NCBI GenBank assembly: GCA_023205875.1
Contig: CP060762.1
Location: forward strand, 186,001-250,000
DNA from: Chloropicon primus
Lineage: Eukaryota
Direction: 5' to 3'
DNA: 64,000 nucleotides
Part shown: positions 33,108 to 45,774 of the stretch, piece by piece
How positions within the stretch are numbered: position 1 is the stretch's first letter
Layout of the letters: the number at the start of each line of letters is the position of its first letter
Translations under genes and position numbers: made by a program
Notes under the pieces: model-generated
Database searches by the model: none
What the model was told of the DNA's origin: nothing
Seen by the model: the letters and a program-made list of their open reading frames with translations, nothing else

Positions 33108-34772
33108 ATGTCTTCGAACGAGGATGCGGTGTACGAGGCCTGGTTCGCCGTGGCGGCGGAGGGAGGGGACAAGGTGCTGGGGAACCAAGCCGTGCAGTTC
33201 TTCGGCAGGTCCGAGCTCCCGAAGAACCAGCTGGCCAAGGTGTGGTCCCAGGCGGACTACGACAGGAGCGGGTCGCTTAGCTTGAAGAAGTTCAAGCACG
33301 CCATGAAGCTCCTGGCTTTGAGCCAGCAGGGGAGGGATCTCTCCGAGGCGGCCGTGGATGACGAGTCCTGCGGGATGCCCGCCATGGTGGGTTTGGAGGA
33401 GGTCACGCAGAAGGCGTTGGGCGGGGACGCGGGGAGCAACCCCTTCGCGGAGGACGGGGACGACGGTGCCGACAATCCGTTCGGGTCCCCCTCGTCCCCG
33501 GCGACCGGGACTCCGGTTGCCAGCCAAGGGAGGGGGGTCAAAGTGATACAGAACGCAAAGGAGCAGGCTGCGATGAAGAAGAAGAAGAAGCAGCTGAGCA
33601 AGGCGGAGTGCACCGACATCGTGGACGGCCTGAAGCACCTCTACTTTTCGAGGATCAAGAAAATCGAGGAGGAGTTCAAGTTCGGGTCTTTCTTCTCGCC
33701 GTGCCTCTCCGAGGGGGACTTCGATTCCAAGCCCTCGGTGCTGCTCCTCGGCCAGTACTCCACGGGAAAGACCACCTTCATCAGGCACCTGCTCAAGTCG
33801 GAGTACCCTGGCTCTCACATCGGGCCCGAGCCCACTACAGACAGGTTCGTCGTCGTCCACCACGGGCACGAGCCCAGGAGAACTCCGGGAAACACGCTCG
33901 CCGTGCAGCCTGACAAGCCCTTCCAGGGCCTGACCGTGTTCGGCAGCGCGTTCCTCGGAAGGTTGGAGGGCGCCCAGTGCCCGAACGACCTGCTGGAGAA
34001 CGTCACGCTGATCGACACGCCCGGCGTCCTTTCCGGAGAAAAGCAGAGGGTAGAGAGGGCCTACGAATTCACTTCGGTCTGCGAGTGGTTCGCCTCCAGG
34101 TCGGACCTCATTCTCCTCCTGTTCGACCCCTACAAGCTCGACATTAGCGACGAGTTCAAGAACGTGATCCACTCCATCAAGGGGCACGATGACAAGGTCA
34201 GGATTGTGCTGAACAAGGCCGACCAGGTCGACTCCCAGCAGCTGATGAGAGTGTACGGGGCCCTGATGTGGTCCCTGGGAAAGGTATTCAATACGCCAGA
34301 AGTGGTGAGGGTTTACATAGGCAGCTTCAATACCGAGCCGATCAGCAACGAAAAGAATCCGTTGGCCACCGCGCTTTTCGAGAAGGAGCAAGGTGATTTG
34401 CTCAAGGACCTGTACCAGCTGCCCGAAAGGAGCTGCGACCGCAAGGTCAACGAATTCGTCAAGAGGATCCGGGCTCTGAGAATGCACGTCCTGATTATCT
34501 CCCACCTGCGGAAGCAGATGCCTTCCTTGTACGGGAAAAAGGACAAGCAACAGAAGCTGTTGAACAGCCTCGGAGAGGAATTTTCCAAGCTTCAGAGGGA
34601 GAAGCACCTCCCCCCGGGCGACTTCCCAGACCCGGCTAGGTACAAATCTATCCTTTCCTGCTTTGACCTGTGCAAGTTCAACAAGATCGAGAAGAAGCAC
34701 ATGAAGTACCTCGACGACGCTCTCGCTGTGGACATCCCAAGGCTCGTCAAAATCTTCGAGAACCCTTTCTAA
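33108..34772 (+). CDS. EH-domain-containing dynamin-like ATPase (plant-type EHD1/2)
   Basis: N-terminal EH (FFGRSELPKNQLAKVWSQAD), GQYSTGKT, GPEPTTD, DTPGVLSGEKQR, NKAD. Confidence 0.95.
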   Translation: MSSNEDAVYEAWFAVAAEGGDKVLGNQAVQFFGRSELPKNQLAKVWSQADYDRSGSLSLKKFKHAMKLLALSQQGRDLSEAAVDDESCGMPAMVGLEEVTQKALGGDAGSNPFAEDGDDGADNPFGSPSSPATGTPVASQGRGVKVIQNAKEQAAMKKKKKQLSKAECTDIVDGLKHLYFSRIKKIEEEFKFGSFFSPCLSEGDFDSKPSVLLLGQYSTGKTTFIRHLLKSEYPGSHIGPEPTTDRFVVVHHGHEPRRTPGNTLAVQPDKPFQGLTVFGSAFLGRLEGAQCPNDLLENVTLIDTPGVLSGEKQRVERAYEFTSVCEWFASRSDLILLLFDPYKLDISDEFKNVIHSIKGHDDKVRIVLNKADQVDSQQLMRVYGALMWSLGKVFNTPEVVRVYIGSFNTEPISNEKNPLATALFEKEQGDLLKDLYQLPERSCDRKVNEFVKRIRALRMHVLIISHLRKQMPSLYGKKDKQQKLLNSLGEEFSKLQREKHLPPGDFPDPARYKSILSCFDLCKFNKIEKKHMKYLDDALAVDIPRLVKIFENPF

Positions 34773-35129
34773 TCATCTTTAATCGTGTGCCGACCGTGTT
34801 CTCAAGAAAGCAATACATCTTTAAACCCCTTCCCGAACGACGACAACGGCCGTGCTGCCATCTTCACTTGCCAAGCCACAAAAACTCAGCCTCCTCCCGC
34901 CCGGTAGAGAGGATAACGCCTTGTCGACGCAAGGTGGTGGTGGCAGAGGTGGTGTTTGTCGAGGACCTTGTTGAAGGTGGGGGAAGGGGAAGGGGGGAGG
35001 TGTGGATCAAACGGAAGGACGAGCTCCGGGTCTTTCCACAGACGGGTTTCGAAGCCGTGTTGGAGCATGGCCGATGGTCTTACCGTCCCTCCTCTCTCGC
35101 GATTCGATTCCTGCGATTGATTGCGAGAG

Positions 35130-36511
35130 ATGGAAAGGGAGGAAGAGAAGGTGAAGCAGTGCGTTGAGGCGGCCATAGACTTGATCAGACTCGCTGGGAA
35201 CCCACAAGCAAAGTGAGTGTATGGTGTGGCAACCTCTACCCCGTTGCCTTGCTTCCCTCTCCGCGAAGAGTGTCACCCAACAGTGGAATCAACTTTTGGC
35301 AGGCGAGGACCAGAAAGAGACGAGGGGAGGGGGAGAGGGCATCCGAATAGTTTGAACCGACAGACTGACACTCTTGGTATCGCACATCCTCAGGTGGTCT
35401 GCGGAGAGCCTCCGCAACGCGATTTCGTGGCTGGATTCGACGGAGGCATGGGCCAAGCAGCACCACACCAAAGATATTGTGCGGCGAGTCATCCAGGTGA
35501 GTGTGTGAGCAACGGGAGAAGAAGAAGAAGCAAGGGGGCCTTCGACATTTCCTCGTGACGGGGATTCCTTGCGTGCACCAGGTCACTGACTCGCACTCTG
35601 AATGAACGGGCACAACCTTCCAGCAAGTCAGTGCCGTTCTCCCAGACGGCAAGTCGTTTGTGTTTGAGAGCTTGATCACCGCCAGGGACGTGTTCGTGAA
35701 GAACTTGGTGTTCCGGCCCTGCAGCCAACAGGGCCTCGTGGATATGATTGAGAATTTGAAGTCCATCGACTGCGAGAGGATACGCTCAAGCATTGCTTAC
35801 TACACGACGAGAGTCTACTCCCTGGAATCTCAGCTCCAGGTTTCGTGCGACCTCTTGCACAGCATCCGGAGCGAGGCCAGCCAGGGACTCAGGAAGTCCG
35901 TCCTTTCGATTCTCGAGAGCGAGGGGGAGGACGATTGCGAGGGTGACTGTGATTGGAGCTCCTTCTTGGATTATTTGTTGAGCTGGAGGATTGTGTGCCT
36001 CTCGGCCTTTGTCACCCTTCAGGCCAAGCAGGCGTTCTCCAACGGCTGGGACTTTGACGAGGTATTTTTCTCGAACCCTTTGAGTCTGGACCCACCGAGC
36101 GGAGGAGGGCTGCCAAACGCCCTGGAGTGCTGCTGCATCCTTCTCCTCGCAAGGGTGTGGTACCACATCATACACGCTGCACACAGTCGGAGGCTGTACA
36201 AGGCGGCAGGCGAAAAGGAAAGCTCGGCGTTGATGCCCTCGATGGCCGAGGGCGTGAAGGCTGGCCTGCTTGCGAGAATGATCTCGGGGCTTGATGAGCG
36301 GGGGGTTCTCTTCGACATCCACCCCGGCCTTCTGGCGACTTTGTGCCTCCACTGCGCGGAGTTCCGGCAACCTTATGAACGGTTCCTGAGCGACGAGGGG
36401 CGCGGCGGCGACGACGAGAGTCTGGGGGCCTCGGGGACGTGCAAGAGAGTTTTCAGGGCGTGGCTGGTGAGGGCAGACGCTGCCAGCACGGGTTTCGGCG
36501 CCGACTCTTGA
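35130..36511 (+). CDS. Hypothetical protein, possibly FANCF-like; exons 35130-35212, 35394-35496, 35624-36511
   Basis: GT-AG introns give one frame; KWSAESLRNAISW resembles the FANCF N-terminal W.....RAL.W motif; remainder helical. Confidence 0.55.
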
Positions 36512-36999
36512 CACGAGAGCGTGAACTCTTTTCGATTGTATTATTTTGCTTGTATAAACCTCCTACATCTGCTTGAGCTCTACGCTCTTGAGACGCTTGC
36601 CATAGACACCCCTCCTGTTCTTCCTTCTCTCCATGTAGCTGAAGCACAGGTGCATGGAGAGAACGAGCAGCACAAGAAGGAGGCACAGTGTCCCTGGAAC
36701 AAGGATGCCTTCTCCTGACATGTTCTTCCCCCGACGCGCGCTCCAGTCCTCTTCGTTTCTCTCTTCCTCGAATCCTCACCAGAGCGACGTTTCTTCCACG
36801 CGACGGCTCGTTCGAAAGAGCAAGAGGTGAAGCCCCCGCCTGTTGTGTCCTCCGCCTCCCCTTTCCTCCGCAACGCCGCGCTCCAGTCCTCGTGCCTCGC
36901 CCTCGTGCTCGTCCGTTATGATGGCAGCGGAAGGGAGAATCCACCAAAGAGAAAGAACGATGATCTGTCCCCTCCAAGGTGAGAGGGAGGGTTGAGGAC

Positions 37000-37708
37000 A
37001 TGACGACCCCTCCGGCTTCGAGGAAGGTGTGGGTGGTGCCTTGGGTCCTGGTCTTGGGCCTCCTGGGCTTGTTGGGCAACGCACTCGGGGCTGTGCCCGC
37101 ACCCAGTGGTCTCGTCACGAGACAAACGTATTCCCCCTTGGGGAACAGGCTTACTTTGGAGTGGGCAGCGAGCAGATGCTCGAACGAGCCAGGGACCGAG
37201 GACGTGGACGAGTTGTACAGCTACATCATCTCCGTCTTTCATGCGGTCAATGACTCGCTGGTGGCGACCGAGGAGACAAAGAAGGAACCTTGCAGGGGGA
37301 CTGGCATAATAGGGAAAGCAGGTTGGGTCTTTCGTGATGTTCCTGTCAGTTTCCAACTCACTGGGCTGGAGCCCTACAGCGAGTACCTCGTTGGTGTGCA
37401 GGGAAGGGACGACAGCACGCTTGAGGTGAGTGCAATGAGCCCAAAAGTTCTCGCCAAGCCAAGGAAGACGCCCAAGGGCTCAGGCGTAGACCAAGTGGAA
37501 AAGAATGGCGTAGCGTTTAGCTTTGACAAGGTGGTGATTGAGGAGGACATCGTGGAACTCTTTTCTTGGAACACAGACCCTGGAGTCTGGGAGTCCTGGC
37601 TTGGCCAAGATCACATGACCGGGTTCTCGGGATGGACGGAAGGGATAGAGCACCAGACTTTGGCGTTCGATGCGGACAACGACGGAGATATGGATGTAAG
37701 TAGTTCGA

Positions 37709-37744
<36 letters not shown>

Positions 37745-40700
37745 CTATGATATGTTGGGCTCGGGTCTGGCGTGTGCGTGCGTTCTGACTTTGTTTCTCG
37801 TTGCTGCTCAGCTCTTGTTCGTGATGGGGGGTGTCCACCCCAATCTGTTGATCTTGAACAACGGGACAGGCGATGTGTGGCATGCCCCGCGATACTTGGA
37901 GGCGGCTGAATCTGGCGAGGAGCAGCTCACGTTGGCTCGGCCATGGAATGCTTGGCCCGCTCAAGATTCTCGTGCCGCTGTAGCCGGGGACTTCAACGGC
38001 GACGGAAGGGTGGATATTTTCATCGCAAACAGCAACGAGAAGAATCAAATATACTGGGGCAACGGATGGGAAGGGCCTTCGAACGATGTGCCATCTTTCG
38101 TGGTCACGGGCGACACCAACGTGGACAATGGCGGAGACGTGATGTTCTTCTCGAAGGACTCGCGTGCAGTCGTGACTGGGGACTTCGACGGGGATGGAGA
38201 CCTTGACTTGTACGTGGCAAACTTCAAACAAACCAACGAGCTTCTCTTGAACGATGGATCTGGGAACTTCGTGAGAGCGTTACAAGACGAGTCGACATCC
38301 GATCTGACCTGGGGTGTGGGAGTTGTCGCAGCAGATTTTGACGGCGATGGAAACCTGGACCTGTACGAGGTTTGCGACGTGCCGTTCATGGCTGGCGGGA
38401 ATCCAGAAGACGCGAGGAATAGACTGTACATGGGCCAGGGCGATGGTAGTTTTGTTCGCGCAGACCCGGGGAACGACGCAGAGGCCAGAACAGACAACTC
38501 GTGTGGGGTCGTCGCGGGCGACTTTAACGGGGATGGGTGAGTTTGCTGCGAACGTGAGAAGACAGTAGAAACTTTTTTGGTCACTGACAAGTCGTCGTCG
38601 TCGTCGTCGTTCTATCTCTTCACTCTTTTGCGATTGCAATAACAGGCTGGTCGATATTTTCGTAGCGAGTTGCCTCGAAACACAGTATAACGAGTTGCTT
38701 ATCAACACTGGATCGGGCAGCTTCAGTTCTGCTGATGGCATGGACGCAACGAGGAAGAAGTCTTCAAAACAAGTCAATTCGATCGCCGCCTGCGATTTGG
38801 ATTCAGATGGGGACTTAGACTTGTGGATCGGGGGCCATCCGTCCATGGTGTTGCTGAACGATGGCACAGCAAAGTTCTATGAGGTTTCCGAAGGAAATCT
38901 CTCAACTGTGATAGGAGCTGGTGCCTCGTGCTTTGATGCAACAGGCGACGGAAAGAACGATTTGTTTGTGAACACAAGGTCATCAATTGGCAAGGCGGAG
39001 TTTTTGAAGAGCAGGGCGCGCTATCAATTTGAGGAGTCGGAAGCAGGAGCACTGTCAAGATCCCGTGAGGGCACCAAACATGTCGAAGTGGTCGATGTCG
39101 ACGACGATGGAGATCTGGTAAGTTTTGACACCTTTTTTTTTGGAGCGACCACAAATACGTAGAATGCCTGATCTAACTCGCTCCTTGGCACCCACAGGAT
39201 TTGGTTGTTGTCACCCATACAAATGAGTATCCCTTACAGGTCCTCTTGAACGATGGCATCGGAAACTTCGCTTCTGCTTCAGTGACCCAGAGTGAAGGAC
39301 CCTGCGACCATGCTGCACACATAGACATGAACGGAAATGGCCAACCTGACTTGTTTATCTCGAAAAGGCAAGGAACCACCGGCCCTGTTAAGAACGCAGT
39401 CTACTTCAACAATGGCAACGATGCGGACGAAGGTCCCTTTGACCTTCTGACGGACGAAAATATAATTCAAGAGCTGCTGGACGTGCTGGAGTATCCTTCG
39501 AGATTCGCTCTTGTGGCGGACTTTAACTCGGATGGAAGGGATGATTTGTTCCTTGTGAATGATCTTGCGAACGTCCCCAATGGGCTTTTCCTGAGCGATG
39601 GAAGTCTCGGACACAACTTCGTTCGAAATTTGGACACCTCTTCGAGAGCAGGGCAATCATTGAAAGCTGTTGCGTTTGATGCCGATGCGGACGGCGATCT
39701 CGACATTTTCGTTGTCTATCGCAATGAAACCTGCGAGCTTTTGATCAATGATGGCGCAGGAAACTTTGAGGCAAGCCCTGTTGCTCTTGGCGAAGACGAA
39801 GAAGGAACATTAGTAAGATCTTGGAGTAGCGCAGTTGCTGCAGACTTCAACGGAGATGGAATAACGGATTTGTATGTCAGTGCAGAGGATTACGAGGACA
39901 CGAACGTGTTACTCCTTGGGGATGGCAGTGGAGAATACTCGGTGATATCGGACGGAGAAGCGATTACAAGTGACGCATGCCCAGGGTTAGATTACGTTGG
40001 GATTGACATCGATGGAGATGGAGATGGTACGTTCTGTTTTAGATTCACTCTTGCTTCAAATCCTCATCTTTGTTGACACTTCTCTCGTTCTTTTTCCTCC
40101 CCAAAGTGGATTTGCTAGGCGTGGACAAGGAGGATGCGAGTGCTCTCTACGTCAACGATGGGTCAGGTTCATTTACACAAGTGGATCTCGGCTTCATCAC
40201 TCACTCGGGCGAAGCGAGAGGCGTTGCTGCTGCTGATTTCGACGGCGATGGAGACATTGATCTTTTGTACTACACGAGCATGTTGAGCACTAACAAACTC
40301 TACTTGCCGTGTGGTTCAGGCTATTCGCTAACTCCAGAAGGACGGTGCATTGCGCCGTCAGTCAGGCCAGATGTCACAATCTCTCCAGCTTCTGCAGAAA
40401 CCAAGGGAGCGGCTCTGGCAGTCGTCCAGGGATATCTGGGCAGTGATCCCGAGGGTTCTGTGACCATTGGGGGAAATCTTTGCAGTGTATCAAGCTACGT
40501 CAGCCACAAGTTATGGATATGTCAGATTCCAGAGGGTGCTTCAAGCAGCGTGGAAGTCGTTGTGGAGAATTATGGCCACATTTCTCAGCCCACACACTTT
40601 GCTTATGACCCACCGAGAATTGAGTCAATTGAGCCACAGTTCTTTCAAATTGATTCACCCTTCACTGAAATGGCTTTCACAATCCGTGGATCAAACTTTG

Positions 40701-43700
40701 GAGCAAGCAGGATTGTGAATATCGGGGGTGCAGCTTGCCTTCCTTCCATTGATAGCCCTGACCACGATCCTCATGAAGTTATCTACTGTGAAGTAAGAGC
40801 AAATGGAGATGGTTGGAATTCCTCGTTCTTGTCTGCAGGACTGCTTGATGTAAGCGTAGCAGTTGAAGATCAATCTGACAACACTGGGAAAGCGTGTCAG
40901 GCAGCACAAGCTGGCAGCTTGAAGTGCTTGTGTCCAGAGGGACAAGAATACAAAGACGATGAATGTGTCAGTTGCACTGCAAACCATTATTCAGATGGCA
41001 CAATGTGTATAGCTTGCCCGCTAGGGTCTGTAATCCCTGCGAACGAGAACAGCGAGAACACAGGAGCTGACTCTGATGCCTGTGTGTGTGGCGTAAATGC
41101 TGCACTGAACACTGGTACTGGTCGCTGCGAGTGCAAAGCAGGGTATGGCGGTGATGCCACGGTGGCCAACGTTGGTTGCGGTGAGTGTGGCACTGGAGCT
41201 TACAAGGGTGACATGGGCAATACGCAATGCACCCCGTGCCCTGGAGGATCTTCCATAGTTGGCGGGGTCTCCAATTCCACTGACTCTGATGCCTGTGTGT
41301 GTGGCGTAAATGCTGCACTGAACACTGGTACTGGTCGCTGTGAGTGCAAAGCAGGGTATGGCGGTGATGCCACGGTGGCCAACATTGGTTGCAGCGCTTG
41401 TGGCACTGGAGCTTACAAGGGTTCTATGGGCAACACGCAGTGTACTTCTTGCCCATCTGGATCGTCTATTTCTGGTGGGATCACCAACTCCACTGATGCT
41501 GCATCATGTGTCTGTGGTATCAATGCAGAGCTGAACGAAGTAACTGATCGCTGCGAGTGCAGCGCAGGGTATGGTGGTGATGCAACGAATGAATTTGTTG
41601 GTTGCTATGGGTGTGGTAGTAGTCGTTATAAGAACGATGTTGGAAACACACCGTGCACGCCGTGTCCATCTGGATCCTTGATTACCGAAGGCATCACCAA
41701 TGCCACTCATGAGGATTCATGTATCTGTAACAGTCATTCTGAGCTTAAGCAGCCAGGTATATGTGTCGCTTGGATGCCCTGTGAACCTCCCGAATGTATG
41801 TGCAGTCCAGGATATAAGGGCTCTGCGTCATCTATTCATGGTTGCAGTGAATGCGGTACAGGGAGCTTCAAGTCATATGCTGCAAATGGGCCATGCACTC
41901 CTTGCCCTGCAGGATCGTCTATTTCTGGTGGGGTCACCAACGCCACTGATGCTGCATCATGCGTCTGTGGTATCAATGCGCAGATGAATGATGCCACTGG
42001 TCGTTGCGAGTGCAAAGCAGGGTATGGCGGTGACGCCACAGTGGTGAGCATCGGTTGCAGCGCTTGTGGCTCTACTGGCTACAAGGAGGAAGATGGAAAT
42101 GCACAATGCACTCCTTGTCCCATGGGTGCATTGATTACTAATGGCACCACCAATGCTACTGACTCAGAATCTTGTGTCTGCGGAGGGAATGCCGGGATAA
42201 ATGTAGTTGGTGATCGCTGCGAGTGCAAAGCAGGGTATGGCGGTGACGCCACAGTGGTGAGCATCGGTTGCAGCGCTTGTGGCTCTACTGGCTACAAGGA
42301 GGAAGATGGAAATGCACAATGCACTCCTTGTCCTATGGGCGCATTGGTTACTAATGGCACCACCAATGCTACTGACTCAGAATCTTGTGTCTGTGGCGTC
42401 AATTCAGCATTCGGCGACGAGAGTGATCGCTGCCTTTGCAAACCAGGATACGGTGGAGATGCTACGAGCATCTATGGTTGCAGCCCTTGTGGCACTGGAG
42501 CTTACAAGGGTGACATGGGCAATACGCAATGCACCCCGTGCCCTGGAGGATCTTCCATAGTTGGTGGGGTCTCCAATTCCACTGACTCTGATGCCTGTGT
42601 GTGTGGCGTAAATGCTGCACTGAACACTGGTACTGGTCGCTGCGAGTGCAAAGCAGGGTATGGCGGTGACGCCACAGTGGTGAGCATCGGTTGCAGTGCG
42701 TGCGGCATTCTTGCTCACAAAGGCACAGTCGGGAACACGCAATGCACCCCTTGTCCCGCAGGATCGTCTGTTTCTGGTGGAGTTACCAACGCCACTGATT
42801 CTAGCTCGTGTGGTTGTGGTATCAATGCAGAGCTGAACCAAGTGAGCGGTCGTTGTGAGTGCAGTGCAGGCTATGGTGGCGACGCCACGAATAGCTTAAT
42901 TGGTTGCAGTCCATGTGGCATTCTTGCTTACAAGGGTGACATGGGCAATACACAATGCACCCCGTGCCCCGGAGGATCATCTGTTTCTGGTGGAGTTACC
43001 AACGCCACTGATTCTAGCTCGTGTGGTTGTGGTATCAATGCAGAGATGAATGTTGCCACTGGTCGTTGTGAGTGCAGTGCAGGCTATGGTGGCGACGCCA
43101 CGAATAGCTTAATTGGTTGCAGTCCATGTGGCATTCTTGCTTACAAGGGTGCTAAGCGCAATGCCCAATGCACTCCTTGCCCTGCAGGATCGTCTGTTTC
43201 TGGTGGGGTCTCCAACGCCACTGATGCTGCATCATGCGTCTGTGGTATCAATGCAGAGATGAATGTTGCCACTGGTCGTTGCGAGTGCAGTGCGGGACAT
43301 GGCGGTGATGCCACGGTGGCCAACATTGGCTGCAACATCTGTGGCACCAGCGCATTCAATGGTGATGTGGGTAACGTGCAATGCACCCCATGTCCCTCTG
43401 GAAGCACGGTGCGCGACGGGGTAACAGCGACCAGCATGGAAGAATGCTTTTGTGATGTTGGAACGGTGACAATGGGTAGTGCGGATACTTCGATCTCATG
43501 CCAGTGCGCTCCTGGTTATTTTGGCTCTGCGCTTGATAACACGTGTGACTTGTGCCCTGTGGGTGGCTACAAGGACACGCCGGGAGATGCTGTAGCGTGC
43601 ATGCCGTGCACAAGCAAATTGGGAGAGGGTGCCACCACGCCGAAGCAAGGATCGCTTTCTTCCGAGGAATGCGTGTGTGGAAACGGGTATTACATGCACC

Positions 43701-45774
43701 GGGGAATGTGCATGCCTTGCGAAGTAGGGGCCTTGTGCCCTGGCGGCAACATCAGTAGCATGATCGCCCTTCCAGGGTTTTGGAGATCGGACCCTGCTTC
43801 AACTTCGTTCTTTAGCTGTGAGAGTCCCAACGGCTACACCCTCTGGTAAGTATTTCGCCACCTTTCCTCTCTTTCTAGTAGCTTATCTCCAGTCAGTCTA
43901 ACATCACCTTTGCGCCTTCTGTTCTACGCCTCAGCATGGGAGGAGCTTCCAACCACACGGGAAGCGGGGCTTCGGGACCCCTGTGCCGAGAGGGGCACGA
44001 GGGTCTCTTGTGCTCCAAATGTACGAAAGGGTATGGCAAGACTTACGGAGTTTGCGCCAAGTGCGATTCCTCCTTCAGTGCCAGCGGCATCATTTTCGTC
44101 TTGTTTGCGATCTTTGCTTTTTTCGCCTTGCTCTACGGATTAGTCTCCAACAACCTGAGGAAGGCCACTGCACATGCCAACTCAAAGGACGAAGAATCCA
44201 TTGCTCTGAGTGTGGTGAAGATCATAATCAACTGGCTGCAGATGGCATCCATAGCCGCACAGGTCCGGGTGACCTCGAACGAGAGCATGGACAGGTTTTT
44301 CCAGATCCAAGATGTCTCGAACGTCTCGCCCTTTCAGTTCAGCAGCTTCAATTGCATGGTGCAGGCGGATTATTACGCCCAATTTTACTCGGCGCTGGTC
44401 ATCCCCCCAGCTTGCGTGATCCTCGGCCTGTGCCTGACGGGGATCCACTTTTTGAAGAGGACCACCAAGAACATACGATTCGGGGACATGTTTGTGATGG
44501 TGAGCCAGATGCTCTGGTTTTTCACTTACAGCATGGTGAGCCAGATTCTTCTCGGAATCTTCGAGTGCCGCGATTTGGACCGGGGTGTGTCTGTGTTGTC
44601 CGCAGACTTGTCCGTGCAATGTGAGACCTCCAAGCACGACTCTGCCGTGAAGTTGGGGTACATTTTCGGACTGCTGTACATTGTCGGCATACCTCTGCAA
44701 GTATTTGCCCAGCTCTACTGGTATCGAGGGAACCTGGCCGATCAGTCGGTGAAAGTGAGGTACATGTTCATGTTCCACAACTACCGGGAGGGACTTTACT
44801 GGTACGAGTGCGTCAACATGCTGAGGAAGATCGGCTTGGTCACGGCTTTGGTTCTCCTTCAAGAGGATCTTGGGACCCAAGTCTTCGCCCTGAGTGTGAT
44901 TTCGATGACCTACTTGACCCTTCACGCTTACATCAAGCCGTACACTTCTCGGACGCTGAACGAGCTGGAAACCGCGGCTTTGTTCGTGACAGCCCTCACA
45001 CTCAGCACGTGCAGCTTCTTTTACTCGAATCCGACGGGAACCGGGAACCCCGTCGTGGAGCATGGGTTGACCTGGAGTGTGATCGTACTGAGCACGTGCT
45101 TGCTCATTTGCAGTCTTGCAATTCTCGGCAAGGGGGGATTGGTCGCTTTCACCCGTGGGAAGCCTGCGGGGGGGAACTCCCAGCTGCCTTCCAAAATATC
45201 CAAGGAGTACCTTAAGAGCGAAGACGCCGAGAATTGCGTTGGATCGCCATCCCAGTTCAAGTCCTTGCTTTCTCACGACGGAAATCTGTCTCATGAAGGA
45301 GATCCTGACAGTCCAGCAAGCTTGGCAACGAAGAAGGTTGTGATGGCAAACCCTCTGGCACAAAGCCAGTCTCAGAATGGGAGACTTACCCCACTGCCCT
45401 CTGCTGTCGAGAAGCATCTTCGCCGCCTGAGCGGTGCGGGTGAAGGTGAGCCACGCGGGGAGCAATATTCCTCACCTGCGGTGAGGAACCCGCTGTGTCC
45501 TGTGATTTCAGACCTCCCTGGGAAAGAGATTCACGCGCAAAATGACGAGGAGGCATCGCACTTACCAGAAAAAGTGGTTCAGAAGGTCGGGGCGACAATA
45601 ATAACGCAGACCTCCTCTGCAGACCATGAAAAGGTGGTCTCTAACGCTGGTGGAGTGGAGAATCCTTTGAGTGCGGAGCAAGCGATTGATGGACACGCAA
45701 AGGATCTCGACGGTGAGACCAGCGGCAGAAAGAGCCAAGTGGCACAGAATCCCATGATGTCGCAGCTTGTATAG
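37000..45774 (+). CDS. ~2,766-aa surface receptor/adhesin-like protein (signal, FN3, FG-GAP x14, IPT, Cys-rich repeats, ~9 TM); exons 37000-37695, 37812-38536, 38646-39117, 39198-40026, 40107-43845, 43935-45774
   Basis: Five GT-AG introns join in frame (8,301 nt); LTGLEPYSEY.V.V FN3 motif; DxDGDGxxD repeats; TIRGSNFG IPT motif; KIIINWLQ, YWYE..MLRK, KPY...NELE TM motifs. Confidence 0.85.
41050..43460 (+). repeat. Coding tandem array of ~213-nt (71-aa) Cys-rich units, about 11 copies
   Basis: CVCG.NA......RCEC.AGYGGDAT....GC..CG...YK...GN.QCTPCP recurs at a ~213-nt period. Confidence 0.92.

Noticed and set aside
37710..37745. Poly-Met ORF start
   Set aside because: It is an (ATG)n microsatellite inside intron 1 of the large receptor gene
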